Shown: positions 26,966 to 40,595, counted from the stretch's first letter. The stretch is DNA of 64,000 nt from Porticoccaceae bacterium (GCA_036961295.1 JBALVX010000001.1:25114-89113), one strand, 5' to 3'. Translations and numbers: made by a program. Notes: generated from the sequence alone by a model not told the origin.

Positions 26966-29137
26966 GTGAAAAAATTGAATTCAGTAATAAAGAAATTTCA
27001 GTATGGAAAGCACACCGTTACTTTGGAAACCGGCCGCATCGCGCGCCAGGCTACCGGTGCGGTACTGTGTAGCATGGATAATACCTCGGTACTGTGTACC
27101 GTAGTTGGTGCTCGGGAAGCTAAACCCGGTCAGCCGTTTTTTCCGCTGACTGTTAACTATCAAGAAAAAGCCTACGCAGCGGGTCGTATCCCCGGTGGTT
27201 TTTTCCGTCGTGAAGGCCGTCCGAACGAAAAAGAAACGCTAACCTGTCGTTTGATCGATCGCCCGATTCGTCCGCTGTTTCCCAACGGCTTTATGAACGA
27301 AGTCCAGGTGATCACTACAGTGATGTCTGCCGACAAAAATGTCGATCCAGATATCGTTGCGATGATTGGTGCTTCCGCCGCATTGTCGATTTCCGGTATT
27401 CCTTTTAATGGCCCGGTTGGTGCAGCGCGCGTTGGCTATACCCCCGAAGACGGCTACATACTCAACCCTACCTACAGCGAGCTGGTCGATTCGAAGCTTG
27501 AGATGGTGGTTGCCGGTACCCGTGACGCAGTATTGATGGTGGAATCCGAAGCCGCAGAACTGTCCGAAGACTTAATGTTGGGTGCCGTGCTTTACGCTCA
27601 CCAGGAAATGCAGGCAGTGATTCAGGTAATCGACGAGTTGGTTCGCGATGCCGGTAAGCCCCGTTGGAATTGGAAGCCAGCTGTTGAAAACATGGAGCTG
27701 AAATCAGCCGTAGCAAGCCAAATTGGCGAGGATCTCGTTGCTGCTTATCAGGTGACTGAAAAGCAACAGCGCCAGGCCCGTTTGGGTGAGTTGCGCGACG
27801 ACTGCGTTAAGGCCCTAGCCAATGACGAAGCCGGTATCAGTGCCGACGACGTTAGCAACGCCTTTAAAAAGCTCGAAAAAAATACCGTACGCAGCCGCAT
27901 TATTGCTGGTGAGCCGCGCATTGATGGTCGTAATACCCAAACCGTTCGTCCTATCGCGGTTGAAGTAGACGTACTGCCCAGTGCCCATGGTTCGTCACTG
28001 TTTACACGTGGTGAAACCCAATCCATCGTCGTTGCGACCCTCGGTTCTTTGCGTGATGCGCAAATCATCGATGCACTCGAAGGTACGCGCAGAGACGCGT
28101 TTATGTTGCACTACAACTTCCCTCCGTTCTCGGTTGGTGAGTGTGGCCGCACCGGGTTTACCAGTCGTCGGGAAACCGGCCACGGTCGTTTGGCCCGCCG
28201 CGGTATCTCTGCAGTATTGCCGAACCAGGAAGACTTCCCTTACACCATTCGTATCGTGTCTGAAATTACTGAGTCCAACGGTTCTAGCTCCATGGCCTCG
28301 GTATGTGGCGCCAGCCTCGCGCTAATGGATGCGGGCGTACCTTTGACCACACCCGTTGCCGGTATCGCCATGGGTCTGGTAAAAGAAGACAACGGTTTTG
28401 CCGTACTCACCGACATTCTGGGTGATGAAGATCACCTCGGCGATATGGATTTCAAAGTGGCGGGTTCTGCTCGTGGTATTACCGCTTTGCAAATGGATAT
28501 TAAGATTGAAGGCATCACCGAAGAGATTATGGAAGAAGCCCTCAAGCAGGCACACAGTGCGCGCCTGCATATCCTTGGTGAAATGAACAAGGTCATCGAC
28601 AGCAGTCGCACCGATGTTGCTGAAAATGCACCGCGCTTTAAAACCTTGAAAATTGATCCGGACAAAATCCGCGATGTAATTGGTAAAGGCGGCGCAACCA
28701 TTCGCAGCTTGACCGAGCAAACCGGCGCGACCATTGATATCGAAGATGACGGTTCCATTCGTATCTACAGCGATGATAGAGAAAGTCTGGATCGTGCAGT
28801 CTTCCTTATCGAAGAAATTACCGCTGAAGCGGAAATTGGCCGTATCTACGACGGTACTGTTGCGCGCATTGTCGACTTTGGTGCTTTTGTTACCATCATG
28901 CCGGGCACCGACGGTCTCTGTCATATCTCTCAAATCGCTGCAGAGCGCGTTGAGAAAGTGAACGATTACCTGAGCGAAGGCCAGCAAATTAAAGTTAAAG
29001 TGCTGGACGTCGACGCTCGCGGCCGTATTAAACTATCGATGAAAGAAGTTAGTGTTGAAGAGGGCGGTATTGCGCCTAAAGTCAGCGTTGAACCTGCTGC
29101 TGAACCAGTACCAGTAGCGGATGCCCCGCAAGACTAG
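26966..29137 (+). CDS. pnp: polyribonucleotide nucleotidyltransferase (PNPase)
   Basis: 723 aa. [19 protein letters not shown]..., two RNase PH domains, KH and S1. TTG 26975 is an alternative start, as in E. coli. Confidence 0.97.
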   Translation: MKKLNSVIKKFQYGKHTVTLETGRIARQATGAVLCSMDNTSVLCTVVGAREAKPGQPFFPLTVNYQEKAYAAGRIPGGFFRREGRPNEKETLTCRLIDRPIRPLFPNGFMNEVQVITTVMSADKNVDPDIVAMIGASAALSISGIPFNGPVGAARVGYTPEDGYILNPTYSELVDSKLEMVVAGTRDAVLMVESEAAELSEDLMLGAVLYAHQEMQAVIQVIDELVRDAGKPRWNWKPAVENMELKSAVASQIGEDLVAAYQVTEKQQRQARLGELRDDCVKALANDEAGISADDVSNAFKKLEKNTVRSRIIAGEPRIDGRNTQTVRPIAVEVDVLPSAHGSSLFTRGETQSIVVATLGSLRDAQIIDALEGTRRDAFMLHYNFPPFSVGECGRTGFTSRRETGHGRLARRGISAVLPNQEDFPYTIRIVSEITESNGSSSMASVCGASLALMDAGVPLTTPVAGIAMGLVKEDNGFAVLTDILGDEDHLGDMDFKVAGSARGITALQMDIKIEGITEEIMEEALKQAHSARLHILGEMNKVIDSSRTDVAENAPRFKTLKIDPDKIRDVIGKGGATIRSLTEQTGATIDIEDDGSIRIYSDDRESLDRAVFLIEEITAEAEIGRIYDGTVARIVDFGAFVTIMPGTDGLCHISQIAAERVEKVNDYLSEGQQIKVKVLDVDARGRIKLSMKEVSVEEGGIAPKVSVEPAAEPVPVADAPQD

Positions 29138-29162
29138 GGTGTTTTTCGTTTAGTACAGTGTT

Positions 29163-29193
29163 AAAAAAACGGGGCAATTAGCCCCGTTTTTTT
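29163..29193. terminator. bidirectional rho-independent terminator
   Basis: aaaaaaa cggggc aatta gccccg ttttttt. Confidence 0.85.
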
Positions 29194-29241
29194 ATGTCTG
29201 ATTTTTATGTCTGATTCTCATGCTTGTTTTTTGCAGCGTGT

Positions 29242-30114
29242 TCAAAGAGCGTCTGCGGAGACTTTGTTTTGTAAACGATTCGACAGTGCTACATAGATCG
29301 CAAGAGTCGCCACCATCGTGACTCCATAGAGCGAGGGCACCATGGCAATTTTAGCGTTGTTGAGTAAAAAAGGGCTGATCGCAATGGTCACACCCAGGAT
29401 CGCATTTTGTGCGCCTACCTCAATGGACAGGGTGCGGGTTTGTTTGGCGTTCAACTTAGCCAGTTTGCCCAAACTCAAGCCCAATAAAATACTTAAAACA
29501 TTCAAGGTAATGGTCAAGGCTCCGAGTTGGAGAAAGTGCGTAAACCAGACGCCGTCGTTTTGCATAAATACGCCGATAATCACTAGCGGTAAAAATACCA
29601 TGCAACCCCAGCGTACCCCGTGTCGCGCACGCTGGGCAAAGGCCGGTGCACGGCGAAAGATCACCATACCCAGACTCACCGGGATAATAGTGATGACCAT
29701 AATCTGAAGTGCTGTTTTTATAAGCGGCAAGGAAAGTTGAGTACTGCTATCACTGAAATACAACATACTCAGATTCATTGCGATGGGCAGGGTAAACACC
29801 GTTACTAAACTGGAAATACTGGTCATGGTGACCGACAGCGCGACATCACCCCGTGCCAGTAGCGTAAATAAATTAGACAGTACACCGCCGGGGCACAGCG
29901 TGAGGAGCATCACGCCCAAAGCAACTTCTCCTGTCAAGCCCAGGCTAGCGCAGAGCGTAAATCCGAGGAGAGGCAATAACAGCAGTTGGCCGAGCAGGCC
30001 AGCCAACGCAGCTTTGGGAATTTTAACCACGCGACGAAAATCATCGAGGGTGAGTCCCATGCCCATACCGAACATCAGCAGGATAAGTACGCCGGTTGCA
30101 ATAGTGCTAATCAT
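29242..30114 (-). CDS. bile acid:sodium symporter (BASS) family transporter
   Basis: 290 aa and polytopic. GMGLTLDDFRRV...LLTLCPGG..SN typical of BASS. Confidence 0.8.
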   Translation of the reverse strand: MISTIATGVLILLMFGMGMGLTLDDFRRVVKIPKAALAGLLGQLLLLPLLGFTLCASLGLTGEVALGVMLLTLCPGGVLSNLFTLLARGDVALSVTMTSISSLVTVFTLPIAMNLSMLYFSDSSTQLSLPLIKTALQIMVITIIPVSLGMVIFRRAPAFAQRARHGVRWGCMVFLPLVIIGVFMQNDGVWFTHFLQLGALTITLNVLSILLGLSLGKLAKLNAKQTRTLSIEVGAQNAILGVTIAISPFLLNNAKIAMVPSLYGVTMVATLAIYVALSNRLQNKVSADAL

Positions 30115-30304
30115 AGCGCGTTGCTACGATGATAATTTTTCTGGGGTAGTTGTTTCGACATGCTGAAGGCACTCCTTTTTATTTTATTTTATTGTATTGT
30201 ATGGGTATCAACGACAGTCGTTCGCTTTGCCCCAGTTTATTATAGGATGCTGGGGTATTCTATACTGGTCAGGTATGTTTTGAAGTCATACAAGGGAGAT
30301 TTTA

Positions 30305-31696
30305 ATGACCGAATTACCACTCTATTTTGACGACGCATTATCTCTTGCTGAAAAGCTGCACAAGGGAGAAATAAGTTCGCTTAGTGTTACCGAAATGATG
30401 CTGTCGAGAATTAGTAGCACAGACGCTGAGTTCGGTGCCTATACAACGATAACTGCAGAACTTGCTTTGCAGCAGGCTGAGCAAGCGGATAGGGAAATAA
30501 GCCGAGGGAAGATACGTTCGCCTTTACACGGTGTACCTATCGCCGTTAAAGACTTACTGGATACTAAAGGTATCTCAAGCTCGTACGGAATGCCGCTTTA
30601 CTCCGAGCACAAACCAACATCAGATGCGACAGTTGTTCGAAAACTTGCAGAAGCGGGCACAGTACTGTTGGGTAAAACCAAATTAACCGAAGGCGCTTTT
30701 GTAAGGCACCATCCGGCTATCACTCCACCTGTTAATCCATGGAACCCAGAGTGCTGGGCTGGGGTTTCGTCATCCGGCTCAGGCGTAGCTACTGCGGCCG
30801 GACTTTGCTATGCCAGTATCGGCACCGATACCGGCGGAAGTATTCGCTTTCCATCAGCATTGAACGGTCTCGTTGGGCTAAAACCTACCTGGGGGCGTGT
30901 CAGCCGTCATGGTGTTTTCCCCCTGGCCTATTCCCTGGATCACGTTGGGCCGATGACGAGGAGTGTCGGTGATGCGGCCGCAATGCTACACATTATTGCA
31001 GGTTTAGACGTGCTTGATGCCACCAGCAGCCCGAGAGAGCCGAGCGATTATTTAGGCAATCTTAATAAGGGAGTGTCGGGTCTGAGAATAGGGATTGATC
31101 AAAGTTACGTTGCCACTGATACCGACAGTGAATTGGTTGGTGCCGTTAACGAAGTTGGGGATTGCCTCCAGAGACTGGGATGTAAACTGGTTGATATCAC
31201 CATTGCTTACGGCAACCTTTGCGATGGTTGGGCGCATACCGCCGCAGTCGAAGCGGCCCACGGCCACAGGGAGACTTTTCCGGAGCAAAGAGAAAAATAT
31301 GGCTCGATTAAAGAGCTACTGGATTTTGGTCTGTCTACCAGTGCCGAATCTTACATGCAGATGGAAATGGCGCGGCGTGCTTTCAAAGCTCAGCTTGAGG
31401 CAACATTTCAGTCGATCGATATTGTTTTGTGTCCATCCATGCCCGCATATGCGCCACCGAAGGAAGGCTCAGCGGAAATGGATCAGGTAGAACAGGGCTT
31501 GTCGGATATGTTGAAATTTACCGCGCCCTATAATTATTCAGGTAGCCCGACCTTATCCTTGCCGTGGCGGCCCGGCAGCAAAAATATTCCCGTGGGTGTT
31601 CAACTCATCGGCAGAGATTTCGAGGAAGGTACCCTGCTACAAGTAGGGAAAGCCATTGAACAATATGCTACGCCAGCGATGCACCCTAAGCTGTAA
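30305..31696 (+). CDS. amidase (amidase-signature family)
   Basis: 463 aa. PLHGVPIAVKD, SSSGSGVATAAG, GTDTGGSIRFPSA. Confidence 0.9.
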   Translation: MTELPLYFDDALSLAEKLHKGEISSLSVTEMMLSRISSTDAEFGAYTTITAELALQQAEQADREISRGKIRSPLHGVPIAVKDLLDTKGISSSYGMPLYSEHKPTSDATVVRKLAEAGTVLLGKTKLTEGAFVRHHPAITPPVNPWNPECWAGVSSSGSGVATAAGLCYASIGTDTGGSIRFPSALNGLVGLKPTWGRVSRHGVFPLAYSLDHVGPMTRSVGDAAAMLHIIAGLDVLDATSSPREPSDYLGNLNKGVSGLRIGIDQSYVATDTDSELVGAVNEVGDCLQRLGCKLVDITIAYGNLCDGWAHTAAVEAAHGHRETFPEQREKYGSIKELLDFGLSTSAESYMQMEMARRAFKAQLEATFQSIDIVLCPSMPAYAPPKEGSAEMDQVEQGLSDMLKFTAPYNYSGSPTLSLPWRPGSKNIPVGVQLIGRDFEEGTLLQVGKAIEQYATPAMHPKL

Positions 31697-31726
31697 GCAG
31701 TATATTGTTTCAGTGCTTCAAATTAT

Positions 31727-33250
31727 CTAGTCCGTTAACTTATATTCGGAAAAGTCCGGCTGTTCCATTTCTTTATAGAAGCGGCTGGGGTGCCACGGAT
31801 ACAGGTTGGGAATTCCAGTTTTGTCGATATACCAGCTAGCGCAGCCGCCCGTGGCCCAGGTGGTAGTGGTAACGGCTTCTGCCATGTCCCGGTTAAGGGA
31901 CTCGAAGACCTCTGGTTTTACTTCAATGCTGGCGGATTTTTCACTTTTCATTTTATCCAGACACTGGATCATATAGCCGATCTGGGTTTCGGTAATGGAG
32001 ATTAACGACAAGTTACCAACCGGCCCGGTGGGGCCTTCGAGCATCCAGAAGTTGGGGAAGCCCGGTATGGTCATTGCCCTATGGGCGCGAGGTGCGCCGT
32101 CCCATTGTTCGCTCAATTCGACGTTGTTTTCGCCATACACTTTAGTGGGCAAAATAAATTCTGATACTTTAAATCCAGTGGCGAGTACCAGCACATCCAG
32201 TTCGTGTAAGCGCCCGTCTTCGGTGCGTACACCTTCCGGTTCGATGGCGGTAATCCCCGCAGTGACCAGTTCGGCATTGTCGCGACTAATGGCTGGATAA
32301 AAGTCAGAACAAAAAATTAAGCGCTTACAGGTTGCCTTGTAATCGGGTGTCAGTTTGGCGCGAAGCTCTGGGTCGGGAACGGTCTCTTTGAGCATTTGCA
32401 GGCAGGCTTGCTCGATTTTTTGCTGTTCTTTGACATCCCCTATCGTAGCTTTCGCAAAGGTGGTTAGCATTAAGCGTTTGTAAAACCAGACAAGAAAGAG
32501 ATGAAGCGCTGGAAAGGCGCGCAGAATGGTTTTCCAGATGGGGCCATATTTTTTTTGCGGCAGTGGCGCTACCCAGTGGGGAGTGCGCTGGAAGACCGAC
32601 ATGTGACCGACTTTTTTGGTGATCTCTCCAACGATTTGTGCCGATGTAGAGCCGGTGCCAATAATGCCTACTCTCTTGCCCTCCAGTGCTACGGAGTCAT
32701 CCCAGCGGGTGGTGTGAAACATCGCGCCCTTAAAGGAGTCCAGGCCAGGGATATCGGGGTAGGCGGGGTGGTGGAGAATGCCGGTGGCAGAAATGACAAA
32801 ATCAAACGTTTGAGTGTCGTGCCCCGCGGCTTTTAATTGCCATGTTGGCCCGTGGTAAGTTAGTTCGGTGACCGGGCTGTTTAATTTAACCGCCGACATG
32901 ACGTCGTATTTTTCAGCAACATGATCAATATATTTGAGAATTTCTGCTCCATACGAGAAGCGGTGAGACCAATTGGCATTGGGTTCGAAAGAGTAGGAAT
33001 ACCAGTAGGATGGCACATCGCACGATAAGCCGGGGTAGTGATTGTCCCGCCAGGTACCGCCGATCCTCTCTGCCTTTTCGTAGACCGTGACGTCGGTATA
33101 ACCCGCATCACGCAATTTAATAACCGCACCAATCCCGGACAAGCCAGCGCCAACAATCGCGATACGCGGGGTGCGGCCCTGTTTGGCCCAACACGAATTT
33201 AAATCAGCTATATTTTGAGTCATGTTCTCGGTTCCGCTGTGATCGTTCAT
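31727..33250 (-). CDS. flavin-dependent (Baeyer-Villiger-type) monooxygenase
   Basis: 507 aa. GAGLSGIG, GGTWRDNHYPGLSCDVPS, fingerprint FKGAMFHTTRWDD, GTGSTSAQ. Confidence 0.8.
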   Translation of the reverse strand: MNDHSGTENMTQNIADLNSCWAKQGRTPRIAIVGAGLSGIGAVIKLRDAGYTDVTVYEKAERIGGTWRDNHYPGLSCDVPSYWYSYSFEPNANWSHRFSYGAEILKYIDHVAEKYDVMSAVKLNSPVTELTYHGPTWQLKAAGHDTQTFDFVISATGILHHPAYPDIPGLDSFKGAMFHTTRWDDSVALEGKRVGIIGTGSTSAQIVGEITKKVGHMSVFQRTPHWVAPLPQKKYGPIWKTILRAFPALHLFLVWFYKRLMLTTFAKATIGDVKEQQKIEQACLQMLKETVPDPELRAKLTPDYKATCKRLIFCSDFYPAISRDNAELVTAGITAIEPEGVRTEDGRLHELDVLVLATGFKVSEFILPTKVYGENNVELSEQWDGAPRAHRAMTIPGFPNFWMLEGPTGPVGNLSLISITETQIGYMIQCLDKMKSEKSASIEVKPEVFESLNRDMAEAVTTTTWATGGCASWYIDKTGIPNLYPWHPSRFYKEMEQPDFSEYKLTD

Positions 33251-33295
33251 GGGTATTCCTCTAGTTTGGGTGTTCTGTGTGGAGTTTAGCGCATA

Positions 33296-35350
<2,055 letters not shown>

Positions 35351-35501
35351 TTAATATTTTGCTAAGCATGAAGCGTGCTTTAGACGGTTAATCATAACCG
35401 TAGAGCGACGGATTGGCTAATGCCTGATTTGCAATTATTGGGTCAATTTCTGAGCTATTCGGAAATGCTGGAAACGAAAATAGTCAAAACCATGAGTTAG
35501 C

Positions 35502-36116
35502 CTAGAGAGACTTGAGCTTTGTCGCGCTACAGGTATTCTCGGCAAGAAAATCCAGCAAAATTTGTCGATTTTCGTTTTGACTGTTCTTGTGTTGATAAAA
35601 GGTTGCGGTATGACGGCCCTGGCTGGCAACTCGTTGATGAGGGCCTGAGTGCGCTGTAACCAGGGTGTCGAGGTTAGCGAAAGGTATTATCTGGTCATCC
35701 CGGCTATGGAAAAATAATATGGGTAGCGTGTTGAGTTGAGGTAGGGCATCGAGAGGGTCGTAGGCTCCCGGTACACTCCACGATACCGGGTATTGCAGCG
35801 GCCAGATCAACCAGGATTGTTTGGCAACATGACGAACCATAGTTCGATAGCGAGTAAAGGCGGCGTCCGATACCAGGCCGCACAGTTTGGAATTATTCAG
35901 ATGCCGGATCGCCCCGTGCAGCATTAAGCTGGCGCCGATACTTTGTCCGAGTATGAACAAGCCCTGATCCGCGGTTTCCGGGGCTTCGCTAAGCCAGGTG
36001 ATGGCTGCATCAATATCGAAAAAAACTTCGGGTAATTTTGCTTTGCCCTTTGATAAGCCAAAGCCGCGATAGTCGAGCAGCAATACCTGATATCCGGCGG
36101 TGGGTAACCAGCGCAC
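35502..36116 (-). CDS. alpha/beta hydrolase (minimal coordinates; true N-terminus lies upstream, to about 36413)
   Basis: GQSIGAS nucleophile elbow. The same frame continues upstream through LHGNAENISTH, DGTQLHAWFLPG and a lipoprotein-like signal (KALLALIFVSTLGAC), but no ATG/GTG/TTG is in frame. Confidence 0.6.
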   Translation of the reverse strand: MRWLPTAGYQVLLLDYRGFGLSKGKAKLPEVFFDIDAAITWLSEAPETADQGLFILGQSIGASLMLHGAIRHLNNSKLCGLVSDAAFTRYRTMVRHVAKQSWLIWPLQYPVSWSVPGAYDPLDALPQLNTLPILFFHSRDDQIIPFANLDTLVTAHSGPHQRVASQGRHTATFYQHKNSQNENRQILLDFLAENTCSATKLKSL

Positions 36117-36433
36117 ATTGTGGATGTGGGTGCTGATGTTTTCCGCGTTGCCGTGTAAAAATAAAATGCTGCCTTTGGGCGTACCGACACCGGGTAAAAA
36201 CCAGGCGTGTAATTGTGTGCCGTCGGCGGCACTCAGTTCTATGTCTCGATAGGCCAGGCCCAGGTTATCGGGAGTTTGTAGATGCTCACGCTGGGGGAAG
36301 AAAAATAATCCGCTGCAAGCACCGAGAGTACTAACAAAAATTAGCGCGAGCAGTGCTTTGCCAGTTCGCTCTAATTTACTTGCTCGTTCTGATTTACGAT
36401 ACGCAGATTTTATAAGGCGTATGTCAGGGCAGT

Positions 36434-37402
36434 TTAAATAATGCCCGCCTCAAGCAATTTGCCGTGCAGCCATTCTCGACCTTTATCATCAATGGCTTTA
36501 ACTGGAGGTAAAATGCCGCCGGCATTTAAACCGATCATCTCGAACCAGGCCTTCATATAAGGTATCGCAGAAGCATAAGAACCGGTATTAATAATCCAGG
36601 TAACCATGATTTCTTCAAACAATGCGCCGGCGGGACGAACCAATAACCATTTCTTTCTGGCTGCATCAAAATCACCGGCAATGGCCAGGTCGAAATAGGC
36701 TTTCATATTGGCGCGTTGCTTACCGAAAGCGATATAGCAAAAATTGGCCCACATCACCTGTCCGCCGACCCGCAAATCATCGAGTACGAAGTATTCGAGG
36801 GGTTCGGAAATGACGATGTCCTTACGCATGGCATTGCGTACTCTTGCGGTATCCCCCTGAATAATCGAGCCTTGCTTCATGCCCACTACGGTATCCAAAT
36901 CACTAATACGCTTCATCAGATCGATGCCCATCAGCTTGCCTGCCACCGGCGTGCGATACAGCATAATGGCGAGGTCTGAGTGATCGGCCATGTATTTAAA
37001 GTATTCGTAAATTTCATCGTCTGATTTGAGTTGGAAGGGCGGGTTCATCACTTCAGCGCCTTCAAAACCGATGTCCTGGAGTCGATCCATTTTCTCCAGA
37101 GCTTGATGCACACTGTGATCTAGAATGATGGTCCAGAGTTTCATTCGCCCTTTATTCGCATCGGCAATAATTTCGTGATACCGAATCCAGTCAGACAATT
37201 TCAGGTTCCAGCCTTCGGCAACATTACCGCCGACCACCAGCCCCGGAATTCCCATCTCCACATAGGCTTCGATATTTTCGCGAATGCCGGCCTCATCGAG
37301 ACTAAGATCTGGCTTGAATGGAGTAATAGGGCACTCGTAAAAACCTTTCAGGTTTTCGCATGCCCAGGACTTTGCTTCGGGTTTAGTAAATTCCAGCGCC
37401 AT
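36434..37402 (-). CDS. dihydrodipicolinate synthase-family (class I aldolase) protein
   Basis: 322 aa. GLVVGGNVAEG..., Schiff-base Lys context VVGMKQGS. Confidence 0.7.
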   Translation of the reverse strand: MALEFTKPEAKSWACENLKGFYECPITPFKPDLSLDEAGIRENIEAYVEMGIPGLVVGGNVAEGWNLKLSDWIRYHEIIADANKGRMKLWTIILDHSVHQALEKMDRLQDIGFEGAEVMNPPFQLKSDDEIYEYFKYMADHSDLAIMLYRTPVAGKLMGIDLMKRISDLDTVVGMKQGSIIQGDTARVRNAMRKDIVISEPLEYFVLDDLRVGGQVMWANFCYIAFGKQRANMKAYFDLAIAGDFDAARKKWLLVRPAGALFEEIMVTWIINTGSYASAIPYMKAWFEMIGLNAGGILPPVKAIDDKGREWLHGKLLEAGII

Positions 37403-37588
37403 GATCTTAGTTATCCGATGTTTAAAGATGAGGAAGAATAACTAGCCTTTCTCTAAAAGTCGATAACTATGGTGCTTGGTTTTTTATTTATTAGCGGCGC
37501 TTTATCTGGCAGCGTCCCTCTATCGGGCCGTAGACCTTGTTTGGTAACAGTGTATTGGCAGCAGTTTTTTTGGACGTCGCACCGAAAG

Positions 37589-39556
37589 TTATCTGAAAAA
37601 GAAGTGGTAGCCCAGCGATAATTCGGTGGCACTGTCGGCTTCGAACCAGCGACGACCTGCCGACAGGCGCAGTGCATGATTTACATCCAGTACGATATTT
37701 TGTTCCAGCTTAAATTCAAGCCGTTGTTCGCCACCGCTAAATTCCAGACCCGAGGCGGTGATAAGTCCATTGCCGATGCGCGTACTGTAGAGCCAACCGA
37801 GTTGTGGGCCGAGAGCTATTTCCGCCACGACATCAAAATCCCGATTGTGTTCGAGGCGTCCCATCAGTAGAGCAAACAAAGTGGTGTTGTTGAGATCGAA
37901 GGCATAGCCGCCACCGCCCGTCACATGGGTGGCGAGTGGCCTACCCTGTGCCGTGTCTACCCGCTCCAGGCCGCCGTAAACGCGCCAGGATAACTGGTCG
38001 AAAAAAGTATTTTTGGGTGTCAGTGACACAATATCAACGACATCCAGGCGTTCCAGTTTGACGGAGCCGTCGTCGTAGCGGCGAAGAGCACCGTTACCCA
38101 TATTGATTTGTGCTCCGGGCAGGAAGCCGTAACTGTTATCGAGCAGGCTGTGATAGGCCATGCGAAACTCGAGCTCGCTGTAGTTGCGATGACCATCGCG
38201 GCCCCCGTTAATTGCCAGGCGTTTACTTTGATGACTGTTCTGGGGCGCAATGGGAGTAGTGATTTCCAGTGGATCCTGTGTCGGATATTGGCTGAGTTTT
38301 GCCAATAGAGTAAGACTGTTCTGCGCGGTGTTTGCGTCGCGGGTTTTTTTCGCCTGTTGATAGCGTAGGCCGGTGTAGGCTGAATTCAGCGCTTGATATT
38401 GCTGAGGTTCTGACAGTTGCTGAAAGTTATCGCTATTGATCAGTTCTGGGTGTTGGGCCAGTTCCGGCAACATACGACGTTGCGGCGCCGGAACCGCCGC
38501 GAGTTGATGTTTAAGTTGTGTGGCCATTGCAGGTCGGTATTCAGTGCTAGAGATAAGACCGCCGCGCTCTACGGTGCGAATGGTATCGATTGGAATTGCA
38601 GAGATCCAAAAATCGTCGGTTAATTCGATGCCGGGCCGCGCAACTTCTAGTAACTCTAACAGGCGGTAAGAGCAGTTTTCGGTAAAGAAATAATAATCAA
38701 AATTAATGTCCTTGAGTTCCCACAAATGAGTAGCGAGACGATGGCTCTCCTCGGGGTTGAGGTTAAGAGGGTATTCCCAGATATCGCGATTTTCCCCGCG
38801 GTTGTACTCCTGAATTTTTTTGAAATAAGGTTCGACGACAAATTGCCCTGGATAGCCCCCGCTTAAACCTTGATAGGCGTAGACAAAGGAATTTTCTCCC
38901 GGGGGAACATTAGCCCCGAAATTAACCCCATAGGACAGCCAGTCCATATGTTCCCGATCAGGTTTGGGATCCAGGCGTAGTAAGGTGTGACCAAACATCG
39001 AGGATGGACTGTTCAGGTGATGAGCGGGAAATACCAGCACCACGCTGCCGGCATTGATGAGCTCGCTCCACTCCTGGTAAAGCGGGCAGGAGGTGCGGGG
39101 CAATTTTTTTCGATCTACAGCCAGTTTTTCTACTAACCAATTAAGGCGTGCAGGAAAGTGGCATTGGGGATGGTGGTTGTCGCCGCTGGCCTTATCGTCA
39201 CTGGGATTGGGGTCGCTGGCATTAGGGTCGTCGTTTAAGGTGGCGGCTTGAAACAAGCCCTCTAGCGTAGCGTGTAATTCACTTTGAGGGTCGTGATCGC
39301 CATCAGCAGATAGAAAAAAAGCTTCGTCATCAACGAAACTGGAGTAGCGAGTTTTACTGCCAGGAATGACATTCTTCGTGACCTGGTAATGCAGCAGATT
39401 AAGCCACTCCGGATCGTTCCATAGTTGTTTTTTTTCCGCGAGTAGGCCAAGTTCGACGAGGTAAGCGGAGTTGTCCGCATCGGCGTTAGCCGGAAGGGTT
39501 AGAAGAGTAGATGCAAGGAAAATAACTAGCGTGGCGGATAGGCGAACAATCATCAT
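37589..39556 (-). CDS. DUF4105 domain-containing exported protein
   Basis: 655 aa with a signal peptide. The SSMFGHTLLRLD motif is characteristic of DUF4105. Confidence 0.7.
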   Translation of the reverse strand: MMIVRLSATLVIFLASTLLTLPANADADNSAYLVELGLLAEKKQLWNDPEWLNLLHYQVTKNVIPGSKTRYSSFVDDEAFFLSADGDHDPQSELHATLEGLFQAATLNDDPNASDPNPSDDKASGDNHHPQCHFPARLNWLVEKLAVDRKKLPRTSCPLYQEWSELINAGSVVLVFPAHHLNSPSSMFGHTLLRLDPKPDREHMDWLSYGVNFGANVPPGENSFVYAYQGLSGGYPGQFVVEPYFKKIQEYNRGENRDIWEYPLNLNPEESHRLATHLWELKDINFDYYFFTENCSYRLLELLEVARPGIELTDDFWISAIPIDTIRTVERGGLISSTEYRPAMATQLKHQLAAVPAPQRRMLPELAQHPELINSDNFQQLSEPQQYQALNSAYTGLRYQQAKKTRDANTAQNSLTLLAKLSQYPTQDPLEITTPIAPQNSHQSKRLAINGGRDGHRNYSELEFRMAYHSLLDNSYGFLPGAQINMGNGALRRYDDGSVKLERLDVVDIVSLTPKNTFFDQLSWRVYGGLERVDTAQGRPLATHVTGGGGYAFDLNNTTLFALLMGRLEHNRDFDVVAEIALGPQLGWLYSTRIGNGLITASGLEFSGGEQRLEFKLEQNIVLDVNHALRLSAGRRWFEADSATELSLGYHFFFR

Positions 39557-39703
39557 TAAGGGATCAGCGTGGAGCTAACACAAATAATTATGTTAGGCAG
39601 AGTGAATAAATAGATTCTAGATACAAGAAAACCCCTCACCAGCGCCTGTCAGGAACAAGTCCAGCGTAGGCGAGGTAAGGGGTTTCAGTTCTTAGCGTGT
39701 AAT

Positions 39704-40195
39704 TTATACGGAGTACTTAGCGAGCTGAGAGTCTTCTTTCATCAGCGCGTTGATAGACGCCATAACTTCATGTGCGGTGATGTTCTCGTGAGGAAAAAGA
39801 GTCGAGAAATTATTGTGAGTTAATTCGGCAAAGGCGGCTCGGTCTTCCGGGGCAATGCCCATGCCGAGCGCAACAGCATTCAGAGCTTCACCATGGCCGC
39901 GAGCGATGTCTTCAGAGAACTCGTCCATCATCAGTGCAGCTAAGCTGGTGCCGCTGTAGCTGAGGGTGCCATTAGAAGTACAACCATTAGTGCCACTAGT
40001 GATGCCGAAAGTGTTATTGCCGGTAGTACCGTTAGTGGTTATCGCTAGTACGTGGGTGGCCGTGCCACTTTGACCTTCAAACAACATATTACCCCAGCCA
40101 CAATTAGGACCGCCCGCCGCCCCGGCAAAGGCTAAAGAAGGTAGTGTGGAAAGAGCGATAATGCCAATAATTTTTTTCCCGTGAAGTTTTCTCAT
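39704..40195 (-). CDS. DUF3015 family exported protein
   Basis: 163 aa with a signal peptide. GPNCGWGNMLFEGQSG...FSEDIARGHGEAL. Confidence 0.7.
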   Translation of the reverse strand: MRKLHGKKIIGIIALSTLPSLAFAGAAGGPNCGWGNMLFEGQSGTATHVLAITTNGTTGNNTFGITSGTNGCTSNGTLSYSGTSLAALMMDEFSEDIARGHGEALNAVALGMGIAPEDRAAFAELTHNNFSTLFPHENITAHEVMASINALMKEDSQLAKYSV

Positions 40196-40595
40196 GCTTG
40201 TTCTTCCTTTTAGATTAAGTTGACTCAGGGAGTTCGATCCTACTCCGGTGATGGTGTTTTTTCAAACACTTGTCCCGGGTTAAATGGTGAAACCATTTTA
40301 TGAGTTCCGCACAATATGTGATGGGCTTCAAAGGCTACCAATAAGCACCTAAACGCTATTCTATATCGATCATTTATGTAGCAGTGTTTATGCCGTGGTG
40401 TTTGCGGAATACCTTGCTATCAAAGTATGTTTAATGCGCCTGCTGGAGTGTCACTTATTTGATACAGATTAAGCAGGCCTCAAATAATGCTAATGAGCCC
40501 GCTTTCTGGCTGCTATGGTGTTAAGTGCAAGGCGTACTGGCAGGTCAGCGGGTGCCAGCGATAGAAAAATCAAATAACGGGATAACGCTAATACC

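Noticed and set aside
35924-36232. 102-aa minus-strand ORF overlapping the alpha/beta hydrolase N-terminal region.
   Set aside because: It is in a different frame from the hydrolase, whose frame gives family-typical sequence. Its translation is low-complexity.
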